Position numbers and translations under genes: made by a program. DNA of 64,000 nucleotides, from assembly GCA_963709345.1 (NCBI GenBank), contig CAVPVX010000006.1, positions 32,001-96,000 on the forward strand, read 5' to 3'. This DNA is from an uncultured Actinomycetes bacterium (GTDB lineage: Bacteria > Actinomycetota > Thermoleophilia > UBA2241). Positions 18,715 through 27,173 of the stretch are shown piece by piece (within the stretch, counting starts at the first letter, position 1; every line of letters begins with the position of its first letter). The notes under the pieces were generated by a model. It was given only the letters and a program-made list of their open reading frames with translations. It was not told where the DNA came from and did not search any database.

Positions 18715-19355
18715 GGCGTCGCTTTGACCAGCGTGGCCGTGGTGTCCGCCTCCTGCCCGGAGACGCTCGTCCCCTCGATCCGCATCTCGAGGTGCGTCGC
18801 GTCGATGCTCGAGAACACGATCGAGAAGTCGCCGGCGAGCGCCTTCAGCGCGTCCTTGAAGCGCTCGGCGTTGCCCTCGCCGGCCATGGTGGCGAAGTCG
18901 TCGACCGTGATCACCAGTTCGTCTCCGTCGATGTGGGCGGGGACGGTCGCCTTCTGCTCGGGCTGAGAGCCCGTCAGCGTGACGCTGAACGTGTCCCCGG
19001 GGCGCGTCACGAGGACGGTGCCGATGCCGCTGCCGGTGGCGCTCCAGGCGCCGAGAAACTCGTCACCGCTCGTCGAGGGGCCGCCACGGAGGACGAAGAA
19101 CCACACCGCGACGATGGCGACGACGGCGATGATGGCGCCGATGACGACGAGGCGGACGGCGCCCGATGAGCCGGAGGACGAGGACGCGGCGGTCGCCGGC
19201 TGCGGCCGGTACTCCGGCGCGAGGTCGTAGGAGCCGGGCGGAGCGCCTGCGCCGCCGCCCCCGCCTTGCGTCGCGCCGGCGACGGGCGCGCCGCAGCGGC
19301 CGCACGTCCAATCGCCCTGCTTGAGCGCGGCGCCGCAGCTCGGGCAGTCGCTCAT
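18711..19355 (-). CDS. Zinc-ribbon membrane protein with extracytoplasmic beta-rich domain
   Basis: CPSC...CGRC, TM helix, and a GDEFLGAWS domain similar to 14962..15957. Confidence 0.7.
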   Translation of the reverse strand: MSDCPSCGAALKQGDWTCGRCGAPVAGATQGGGGGAGAPPGSYDLAPEYRPQPATAASSSSGSSGAVRLVVIGAIIAVVAIVAVWFFVLRGGPSTSGDEFLGAWSATGSGIGTVLVTRPGDTFSVTLTGSQPEQKATVPAHIDGDELVITVDDFATMAGEGNAERFKDALKALAGDFSIVFSSIDATHLEMRIEGTSVSGQEADTTATLVKATP

Positions 19356-19365
19356 CGTCTTCTCC

Positions 19366-20667
19366 TCAGAACTCGAGCTTGTCCAGCCGGGCGAAGATCA
19401 CGTCGCGCCCCGCCGTGTACTGATCCGGATCCATCGCGGCTTCCACGTCTGCGGAGCTCATGACCGCCATCGCCTCGTCGTTCTGCTTGATGAGCATGCC
19501 GAAGTCGACGCCCTCACGCCAGGCGTGCATGGCAGAGTCCTGGACGACGCGGTAGGCGTCGTCGCGCTGCATGCCCTTGTCCACCAAAGCCAGCAGGACC
19601 GCCCCGCTGAACACGAGGCGGTAGCTCTGGCTCAGGTTCGCCAGCATTCGCTCCTCGTCCACGACGAGGCCGACGACGAGCTTCGTGAAGTTCTGCAGCA
19701 TGTAGTCGAGGAGGATGCAGCTGTCGGGCAGCACGATGCGCTCGGCGGAGCTGTGGCTGATGTCGCGCTCGTGCCACAGCGCCATGTTCTCCATGCCGAC
19801 GACGGCGTTGCCGCGAAGCACGCGGGCGCAGCCGGCCATGCGCTCGCTGAGGATCGGGTTGCGCTTGTGGGGCATCGCCGACGAGCCCTTCTGTCCCTTC
19901 CCGAACGCCTCCTCGGCCTCACGGACCTCGCTGCGCTGCAGGTGGCGCACCTCGGTCGCGAACTTCTCGACGCTCGAGCCGATGATCGCCACGGCGCTGA
20001 GGAAGGCGGCGTGCCGGTCGCGTTGTACCACCTGGTTGCTGATCGGCTCGCGGCCGAGCCCGAGCTCCTCGCAGACCAGATCCTCGACCCGAGGGTCGAT
20101 GTTGTTGTAGGCGCCCACGGCTCCGCTGATCTTGCCGACCGCGGCGTTCACGGTGACCATGCGCATGCGCTTGAGGTTGCGGCTGACCTCGAAGGCCCAC
20201 ATGCCGAGCTTCATGCCGAAGGTGATGGGCTCGGCGTGGACGCCGTGGGTGCGCCCCACCTGCACCGTGTCGCGGAACTCGAAGGCGCGCCGCTTGAGCG
20301 TCTCGCCCAGCGTGACGAGGTCGCGCTCGAGGAGCAGGCCGGCGCGCTTGATCTGCAGCGCCAGCGCGGTGTCGAGCATGTCGCTGCTGGTCATGCCGTA
20401 GTGGACGTACTTGCTCGCGTCGCCGACGTGTTCGGCGACGTTGGTGAGAAAGGCGATGACGTCGTGGTTCGTCGTCGCCTCGATCTCGGCGACGCGCGCG
20501 ACATCGAAGGCGGCCTTCGCCTCGATCTCCCGAACGGCCTCGGCGGGTACCTTGCCGAGCTTGTGCCAGGCCTTGACGGCGGCGATCTCGACATCGAGCC
20601 AGGCCTGCATCTTGGCTTCTTCGGTCCAGATGGCGTCCATCTCTGGGAGCGTGTAGCGGTCGATCAT
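19366..20667 (-). CDS. purB: Adenylosuccinate lyase
   Basis: MIDRYT start, GRTHGVHAEP and GSSAMPHKRNP. Confidence 0.97.
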   Translation of the reverse strand: MIDRYTLPEMDAIWTEEAKMQAWLDVEIAAVKAWHKLGKVPAEAVREIEAKAAFDVARVAEIEATTNHDVIAFLTNVAEHVGDASKYVHYGMTSSDMLDTALALQIKRAGLLLERDLVTLGETLKRRAFEFRDTVQVGRTHGVHAEPITFGMKLGMWAFEVSRNLKRMRMVTVNAAVGKISGAVGAYNNIDPRVEDLVCEELGLGREPISNQVVQRDRHAAFLSAVAIIGSSVEKFATEVRHLQRSEVREAEEAFGKGQKGSSAMPHKRNPILSERMAGCARVLRGNAVVGMENMALWHERDISHSSAERIVLPDSCILLDYMLQNFTKLVVGLVVDEERMLANLSQSYRLVFSGAVLLALVDKGMQRDDAYRVVQDSAMHAWREGVDFGMLIKQNDEAMAVMSSADVEAAMDPDQYTAGRDVIFARLDKLEF

Positions 20668-20845
20668 CGAGGGCCCTCCGCCGGACGAGGTCGGGTCGGG
20701 CCGGGTCGGCGCGCCGACCCGGCCCCTCTGTGCACCGGCGATTCTCTCACACCGCCTCGACACTGTGGCCGGACGTCCCGTCCGCCTGTACAGTACGAGC
20801 CTGGCGGATGAGAGCCGGTCCGTCGTCAGGTGAAAGGAGCTCAGC

Positions 20846-21223
20846 GTGAGGAGAGACGTGTGGCCGGCGGTGTTCGCCTTGCTCGTCGGCGCCGGCATGG
20901 TGGCGCAGTGGACGCTTTCGCTGGTGGGTGGTGGTGTCGCGGAGGTCGAGACCCGGCCCGTCGAACTCGGCTTTCATCTCGCCGCCGAGGGCACGACGGC
21001 CCTGCTGCTCGTCGTCGCGGGGCTGGGGCTCCTGCGTCGTGCCGGTTGGGCGTGGTGGCTGTACTGCGTCGCTACCGGGATGCTGCTGTACACGGCCATC
21101 GTGAGTCCGGGGTACTTCGTCCAGGAGGGCCAGCCGGCGTATCTGGCGCTCTTCGTGGTGATCCTGGCGCTGGCGCTGGTGTTTCTCGCACTGGTGGTGC
21201 GGTCGCGAAGGCCCTCGGGTTGA
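20846..21223 (+). CDS. Four-TM membrane protein
   Basis: AAGGAG RBS; FHLAAE and SPGYF hydrophobic pattern. Confidence 0.65.
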   Translation: MRRDVWPAVFALLVGAGMVAQWTLSLVGGGVAEVETRPVELGFHLAAEGTTALLLVVAGLGLLRRAGWAWWLYCVATGMLLYTAIVSPGYFVQEGQPAYLALFVVILALALVFLALVVRSRRPSG

Positions 21224-21311
21224 GGGAGAGACCCGCTCCAGGCGTCACCTCAGCTGCCGGGCGTTCGGATACAATCGCACCGGGCTCACCGGCGACCGCG
21301 AGGAGGATGGC

Positions 21312-21584
21312 ATGGCAACCGACGAGGAGCATCGCGAACAGGCGATCAAGACCATCAAGAAGAAGCGTGACTTCTGGGGGCACGTCGTCGCCTACTGCAT
21401 CGTCAACGCCTTCCTCGTTCTCCTCTGGTACCTGACCGGGCACGGGTACTTCTGGCCGATATGGGTCATCGCCGGCTGGGGCATCGGAGTCGCCTTCAAC
21501 GCCTGGGATGCCTACGGTCGCGAGGGCCGCGTGATCAGCGAAGAGGAGATCCAGCGCGAGATCGACCGGCAGAAGCGCGGCTGA
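21312..21584 (+). CDS. 2TM-domain protein
   Basis: GAGGAGG RBS; HVVAYCIVN, YFWPIWVIAGWGIG and EEEIQREI. Confidence 0.8.
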   Translation: MATDEEHREQAIKTIKKKRDFWGHVVAYCIVNAFLVLLWYLTGHGYFWPIWVIAGWGIGVAFNAWDAYGREGRVISEEEIQREIDRQKRG

Positions 21585-21587
21585 GCA

Positions 21588-22066
21588 CTACTCTCCGGTC
21601 GCCGTGCCGCCGTCGGAGAGGTGGCCGACGAGGGTGAAGTCGGCGCCGTCGCCGTCGGCGACCGCCGCGTCGGCGCACGCCGTCTCGTCGACACGCTCGA
21701 GCCCTGTCACTCGCTCCTCCGTCAGAGCGGGGCCTCGAGGTCGAGCGTCAGCCCGTCCGCTCCGTCCGGCGCGAAGCGCATGGTCGCGGCGTGGGTCTCG
21801 ATCACCAGGTCTTCACCGTCGAGGACGGCGCCGCCGAGCGGCGTGTCGGGGTTGGCCCGTGCCGTGTACACGCCTCCGTCCTCGCTGATGTGGACGTGCG
21901 CCTCCGGCGTCGCGTCTCCGTCGGTCCAGTAGCCGGCCAGCGGGTCCGCGGCGTCGCCTCAGCCGCCGAGCGCCGCCGCGCCGAGTACGGCGGCGCCGAC
22001 CAGGAACCCGAGCGCCAGGAGGACGGCAAAGGCAGAGCGTCGCCCACGCCGGCGTCGCTCAGCCAC
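21588..22066 (-). pseudogene. Decayed lipoprotein gene of the beta-domain + pilin-head-like family (TGA in place of lipobox Cys, frameshift, internal deletion)
   Basis: Manual translation gives MAERRRRGRRSAFAVLLALGFLVGAAVLGAAALGG-TGA(21959-21961)-GDAADPLAGYW...LEAPL*. Another frame then gives ...GDGADFTLVGHLSDGGTATGE*, matching the end of 8603..8986. Confidence 0.65.
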
Positions 22067-22439
22067 GATGCGCTACCGCCTCGATCTCGACGTGCATGTC
22101 CTTGGGGAGGCGCGCGACCTCGACCGTCGATCGCGCCGGGTAGGGCTGGCTGAAGAACTCCCCGTACACCTCGTTCACGGCGCCGAACTCATCCATATTC
22201 CTGAGGAAGATGGTCGTCTTGACGACGTCGTTGAGGGTGAGGCCGGCGGCGGCGAGGGTCGCACGGAGGTTCTCCAGCGCTTTGCGCGCCTGGTCCTTGG
22301 GTGTGTACCCGCAGATCTTGCCATCGGTGTCCAAGGCGAGGTGCCCGGAGAGGAAGACGAACTCGCCGGCCCCGACGGCCGGAGAGTACGGCCCCACTGC
22401 AGGGGCGCCGTCCGGCGCTGCGAACACTTGCTTCTCCAT
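22059..22439 (-). CDS. ridA: RidA-family reactive intermediate deaminase
   Basis: APAVGPYSPA, VVKTTIFL, YPARSTVEVARLP and VEIEAVA. Confidence 0.9.
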   Translation of the reverse strand: MEKQVFAAPDGAPAVGPYSPAVGAGEFVFLSGHLALDTDGKICGYTPKDQARKALENLRATLAAAGLTLNDVVKTTIFLRNMDEFGAVNEVYGEFFSQPYPARSTVEVARLPKDMHVEIEAVAHRG

Positions 22440-22467
22440 GATGAGGCTTCCTTCCCGGCCGCTCGGC

Positions 22468-22584
22468 TCAGCTGAAGAGCGAGCGAACGGCCACGTAGGC
22501 GAGGATTATCGCGATGGCGAGCACCGCAAGGTAGATGAACGCCGATATCGTCCTGGGGCTCGGCGGCCTGTGATCCTTGGGCAC
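22468..22584 (-). CDS. 38-aa single-TM small protein (below ORF-track cutoff)
   Basis: GAGAGG RBS and GTG start; MPKDHRPPSPRTISAFIYLAVLAIAIILAYVAVRSLFS*. It fills the gap between the two Rid genes. Confidence 0.55.
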   Translation of the reverse strand: MPKDHRPPSPRTISAFIYLAVLAIAIILAYVAVRSLFS

Positions 22585-22592
22585 GTGGCCTC

Positions 22593-22973
22593 TCAGTAGC
22601 GTTGCGCGACGGCAGCGATCTGGAGTCGTGACTCGCCGGGCAACCATGGTACACCGGTGACGCTGCGCGCGGGATACGGCGCGGTGAACCGTGCGGCCAG
22701 CGCCGCGTCGACGGCGGTCTGGTCCTCGGGGTCCACCAGGTGCACCTCGAGGCTCACGACGTCGTCGACCGAGAGGCCTGTCGAGCGCAGCTGATGGGCG
22801 AGGTTGTCCAAGGCGCGGCCGACCTGGTCGGCGGCCGAGCCGCCCACCGGCTCGCCGCGTTCGTCGAGCGGCAGTTGCGCCGAGATGAAGACGAGGCGCC
22901 CGGCCGAGACGCCGGCAGAGGCCGGACCGGCGGGGCTAGGCGCCCGGGTCGATGCTACGGGATGTCGTGCCAT
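22593..22973 (-). CDS. Divergent Rid (YjgF/YER057c) family protein
   Basis: LVFISAQLP and YPARSVTGVPWLP. Confidence 0.8.
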   Translation of the reverse strand: MARHPVASTRAPSPAGPASAGVSAGRLVFISAQLPLDERGEPVGGSAADQVGRALDNLAHQLRSTGLSVDDVVSLEVHLVDPEDQTAVDAALAARFTAPYPARSVTGVPWLPGESRLQIAAVAQRY

Positions 22974-23018
22974 ACCCGTAGTGTTCCCCGCGGCGGGCCG
23001 GACCGACCTCGAGCGTGG

Positions 23019-23468
23019 CTAGACGTCGAGGATCTTCGCCGCCAGGATCGCCGCGTTGCGGGCGCCGTTGATGGCGACGCACGCGACGGGGACGCCGGGA
23101 GGCATCTGCACGATACTGAGCAGCGAGTCGAGTCCCCCGAGATCGCTGGTCTTGATCGGCACACCGATCACCGGCAGGTTCGTGTAGGCCGCGAGGACGC
23201 CGGGCAGGGCTGCCGCCTTGCCGGCGCCGCCGATCAGCACCTTGAGCCCGCGACTCTGCGCCGTGCGCGCGTAGTGCGAGACCTTGTCCGGGTCGCGGTG
23301 CGCCGACAGCACGTTGATCTCGTACTTGATCTTGCGCTCGTCGAGCTCGGCGCACGCTTTCTCCATGACCTCTCGGTCGCTCTCGCTGCCCATCACGATG
23401 CCGACGAGCACGGGCTCCATCTCGATTCCCTGGAGGAGGGTCTCGACCTCAGTCCGGGTCTCTTCCAC
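23019..23468 (-). CDS. purE: N5-CAIR mutase / AIR carboxylase PurE
   Basis: VGIVMGSESD, SAHRDP and SIVQMPPGVPVA. GTG start follows AGGAGA. Confidence 0.95.
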   Translation of the reverse strand: MEETRTEVETLLQGIEMEPVLVGIVMGSESDREVMEKACAELDERKIKYEINVLSAHRDPDKVSHYARTAQSRGLKVLIGGAGKAAALPGVLAAYTNLPVIGVPIKTSDLGGLDSLLSIVQMPPGVPVACVAINGARNAAILAAKILDV

Positions 23469-23521
23469 GTCATGTCTCCTTTGCCGGCGGCGCGGCGGCG
23501 CAGCGCGCCCGCGCCGCTCAC

Positions 23522-24001
23522 TCAGTCGTCCAGCGTGATCGCGTCGGTCTTCCGGAAGCCCCACGCGCTGTCCTGGTCCTCGAAGGACAGGTCCGCGAGG
23601 CCCTCGCCGGTGAATGTCAGGGTCGTTGGCGTCGGCATGTCCTCGCTGATCGGGATCGCGAAGCTCAGTGTCTTGCCGTCGACGGTGGCGGGCAGCGCGT
23701 CGCTGCGCTCCCCGCTCTTGCCGACGAGGGTCACCGTGAGCCCGGCGTCGCCTGCGGCCACCTCGAGGCCGCCGCCGCTGCCCCCGGACGAGATGGAGTA
23801 CGAACGCCCGTCCTCCCCCCAGGTGATGTCGAAGGAGGCGTCGGCCGGCTCCCAGATCCCGGCGAAGGGACTCTCGGCGGCGTCCTCCGTCGAGGAGGAC
23901 GAGTCTCCTCCGCAACCCGCAAGGGCGGCGGCGAGGGCGAGGCAGAGCACCAGCACGCACAGGACGGGCAGAGGCAGGCGGCGTGCGGAGCGAGGCTGCA
24001 T
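23522..24001 (-). CDS. Lipoprotein with beta-rich domain
   Basis: AAGGAG RBS, lipobox LAG-C, SPFAGIWEP...ATVDGKTL. Confidence 0.7.
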   Translation of the reverse strand: MQPRSARRLPLPVLCVLVLCLALAAALAGCGGDSSSSTEDAAESPFAGIWEPADASFDITWGEDGRSYSISSGGSGGGLEVAAGDAGLTVTLVGKSGERSDALPATVDGKTLSFAIPISEDMPTPTTLTFTGEGLADLSFEDQDSAWGFRKTDAITLDD

Positions 24002-24011
24002 GTGGATCTCC

Positions 24012-25331
24012 TTACGTGAGGTCAAGGCTCGTGGGGAACAGTTCGATCTCGCCGGCCCGTGCCCTGACGGCGCGCTCGGCGATGTCGGGGCGCGTCTGCT
24101 GGCCCTCGAAACGGATCTTCGCAACGCCGTCGTAGGCGCGCTCTCGCGCGGCGGCAAAGCCGTCGCCGAGCGCGCTCACCGCGAGGACTCGCCCGCCGGC
24201 GGTCACGACGTCACCGTCCCGCAGCGCCGTGCCGGCGTGGTACACACTGACGTCATCGAGGGCTGCGGCGTCCGCAAGGCCGCTGATGACGTCGCCCCTG
24301 TGGCTGCTCGCCGGGTAGCCGGCCGAGGCCATGACGACGGTGACGCAGTCCTGGGGCTTCCAGATCGCCTTGGCGCCGGCGAGCTCTCCGTTCGCCGCCG
24401 CGGCGCACAGCTCGAGCAGGTCGGAGTCGAGGCGGGGGAGCACGGCCTGCGTCTCGGGGTCGCCGAAGCGGCAGTTGAACTCGAGCACTTTGACGCCGTC
24501 GTCGGTGACGATCAGACCGGCATAGAGCACGCCCCGGTAGGTGATGGCGCGCTTGCGGAGCGCGGCCACGACCGGCTCCACGACATGTTCCATCGCGGCG
24601 TCGATGGCCTTCTGCTCGAATCCGGGCACGGGACAGTAGCTGCCCATGCCGCCGGTGTTCGGGCCCTGGTCGCCGGCGTAGATACGCTTATAGTCCTGCG
24701 CGGGCGCCAGAGGCACGGCGTCCGTGCCGTCGCAGAGCACGAGCAGCGAGACCTCGGAGCCGGTCAGGTGCTCCTCGGTGATGAGCACGTCGCCGGCGGC
24801 GCCGAACTCGCGCGTGACGAAGCAGCTCTCGACCGCCGCCCGCGCCTCGTCCTTGTCTCGGCAGATGAGCACGCCCTTGCCGGCGGCAAGGCCGTCGGCC
24901 TTGATGACCAGCGGGTAGTCCTCGCGAGTCTCGATGTCGACGAGCGCCGACTCGAGGCGCTCGTGGCGGCGGTAGGCGCCGGTGGCGACGCCGCCGTCGA
25001 GCATGACCTCCTTGGCGAAGATCTTGCTGCCCTCGAGCTGCGCTGCGGCCCGGTTCGGGCCGAAGACGGCGAGGCCGTGCTCCTCGAAGAGGTCGGTGAG
25101 CCCGGCGACGAGAGGCGCCTCGGGGCCGATGACGGTGAGGTCGACCTGCTCCCGGCTGGCGAAGTCGAGCAGCGCGGGCAGGTCGTCGGCGGCGATCGGG
25201 ATGTTGTCGGCTTCGGTGGCCGTGCCGGCGTTGCCGGGGGCGCAGAAGACCCGGTCGGCGAGCGGGGATCGGGCGAAGGAATGGACGAGGGCGTGCTCCC
25301 GGCCGCCGCCGCCTACCACGAGCACTCGCAT
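24012..25331 (-). CDS. purD: Phosphoribosylamine-glycine ligase
   Basis: VLVVGGGGREHA, KADGLAAGKGV, GPNTGGMG and EFNCRFGDPETQ. Confidence 0.97.
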   Translation of the reverse strand: MRVLVVGGGGREHALVHSFARSPLADRVFCAPGNAGTATEADNIPIAADDLPALLDFASREQVDLTVIGPEAPLVAGLTDLFEEHGLAVFGPNRAAAQLEGSKIFAKEVMLDGGVATGAYRRHERLESALVDIETREDYPLVIKADGLAAGKGVLICRDKDEARAAVESCFVTREFGAAGDVLITEEHLTGSEVSLLVLCDGTDAVPLAPAQDYKRIYAGDQGPNTGGMGSYCPVPGFEQKAIDAAMEHVVEPVVAALRKRAITYRGVLYAGLIVTDDGVKVLEFNCRFGDPETQAVLPRLDSDLLELCAAAANGELAGAKAIWKPQDCVTVVMASAGYPASSHRGDVISGLADAAALDDVSVYHAGTALRDGDVVTAGGRVLAVSALGDGFAAARERAYDGVAKIRFEGQQTRPDIAERAVRARAGEIELFPTSLDLT

Positions 25332-25552
25332 GTGACCTCCGATGGGTGATCCGCCGTGAAGCCGGGCGGCGCTGCCGCCGGCCCGCCCTGACGACCGCAA
25401 GTCTACCCGTGCGGCGGCGGGGGCGGAAGGGCGAGGGCGGCGGGCGGTGCGAGTGGTACCAGTGCTTGACCGCCCATCGCGACACGAGAGAAGGTGGCGG
25501 CAGCACACACCGCGCTCGCGCGGGTGGTAGCCGTCAGAGGAGGAGGGCGCGT

Positions 25553-27173
25553 ATGCGGTCACCGAGGACTGCGTCGAGTGCGGCGCCGCGGGCGCGCGGG
25601 GCGAGCGCGACCGCGCGGGCGCTCGCGGTGACCGTCGCCGCCGGTCTCGCCGTGGCGATCGCCGGTCTCGTCGCGCCCCCTGTGGCCGCGGCCGGCGACG
25701 CGTCGTTCTCGGCCCAGATCCGCGCGGCCGAGGCGCGCGCCCGTGGTCATCTCGCCGCAACCGAGCGCGGCACGAGGGCACGACGCTTCGCCTACTACAC
25801 GGTCGGGAACGCGTGGAAGTATACGGGGCCGGCCGGCTGGGCCGCCGGCTACGTTCCCGGGGGGCTCTGGTCGTGCTACCAGGCGACCGGCAGGCCCTGG
25901 TGGCGCGACAAAGCCATCGCCCGTCAGGCGTCCATCGAAGCGACGGCGATCACTCCTGCCTCTCTGAATGTCGGGGCGCTCCACTTCCCCACCTGCGCAC
26001 GTGCGTACAAGCTCACCGGCGACGACCGTTTTCGCGCCAAGGGCGTACCGAGCGGCCAGGAGCGTGGCGCAGCGCTTCGACCCGGAGGTGGGGGCGATGC
26101 TCTCGCGGCCGAAGGGCGATTTCAACGTGATCATCGACAGCCTGATGAAGCCGCAGCTGCTGTGGTGGGCCGCCGCGAACGGCGGGCCTCCCGCCCTCGC
26201 CGAGAAGGCGCGGCGACACGCCCTGACCACAGCCCGCGACTTCGTGCGGCCGGACGGCAGCACCTATCACATCGTCTACTACGACGCTGAGACCGGCGCC
26301 GTGCTCCGGCGGGGTCAGGCATCCGGATACGACGACGAGTCGACCTGGGCTCGTGGCCAGGCGTGGGCGATCCTCGGGTTCGCCGCGGCGTACCGGGAGA
26401 CCGGGGATCCGGAGTTCCTCAGCGCGGCGCGCGCCGTGTCGGATTGGTACCTCGCTCATCTGCCGGCCGATCTGGTGCCCTACTGGGATTTCGGCGACCC
26501 CGCGATACCGGATGCGCCGCGCGATTCGTCGGCCGCGGCCATCGCCGCATCCGGGCTCGTCGACCTCGCGCTCGTCGATCCGGACTCCGAGCGCCGGAGT
26601 GGGTACGCGGCCGCGGCGAAGGCGATCCTCGAATCACTGATGTCACCGGCTTACGTCTCTCGTCGCACCTCCCCCTCGGTGCTGCTCCACGGCACCTACC
26701 TCCGGAGCGCCGGGATCACCGATCGCGGTCTGGCGTTCGGCGACGCATTCTTTCTGGAGGCGCTCCTGCGCTTGCGGCGGCTGGCGCCCGATGCCGGGCC
26801 GCTGCCGCTCGTCAGAGCCCGCGCGAGCAGGGGGGATGCCGCAGCAGCCGTCGACGGCGATCTCTCGACGAGATGGGCCAGCCGCGGCCGTCAGGCGCTC
26901 GACCTTCGCCTGAGGGGAGCGCCGAAGGTCGGCGCTGTCCGCGTCGCGCTCTATCGCGGCTGCGACCGCGCCGCCGTCCTGCGCATCCTCGTCTCGCCGG
27001 ACGGCCGGCACTGGCGTCTTGCCCGCCGGACGATGACGAGCGGGGAGGCCGCGGGCTACGAGACGCTGACCTTCGCTGCGCGGGCCGCTCGCTGGGTCCG
27101 GATCGAGTGCTCGGGCACGACGCGCGACTCACTCAACCGCATCTGCGAGGTAGAGGTCTACCCGGCGCTCTGA
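25553..27173 (+). CDS. Secreted GH88-like (unsaturated glucuronyl hydrolase fold) protein with C-terminal F5/8 discoidin domain; frameshift at about 26041
   Basis: WAAGYVPGGLW in one frame; IIDSLM, VRPDGSTYH, WARGQAW, RDSSAAAI and AVDGDLSTRWAS in another. Removing one G from AAGGGCG joins them. Confidence 0.78.

Noticed and set aside
21959-21961. Selenocysteine at a lipobox
   Set aside because: The same gene also has a frameshift and an internal deletion, and no SECIS was recognised. A nonsense mutation is simpler.
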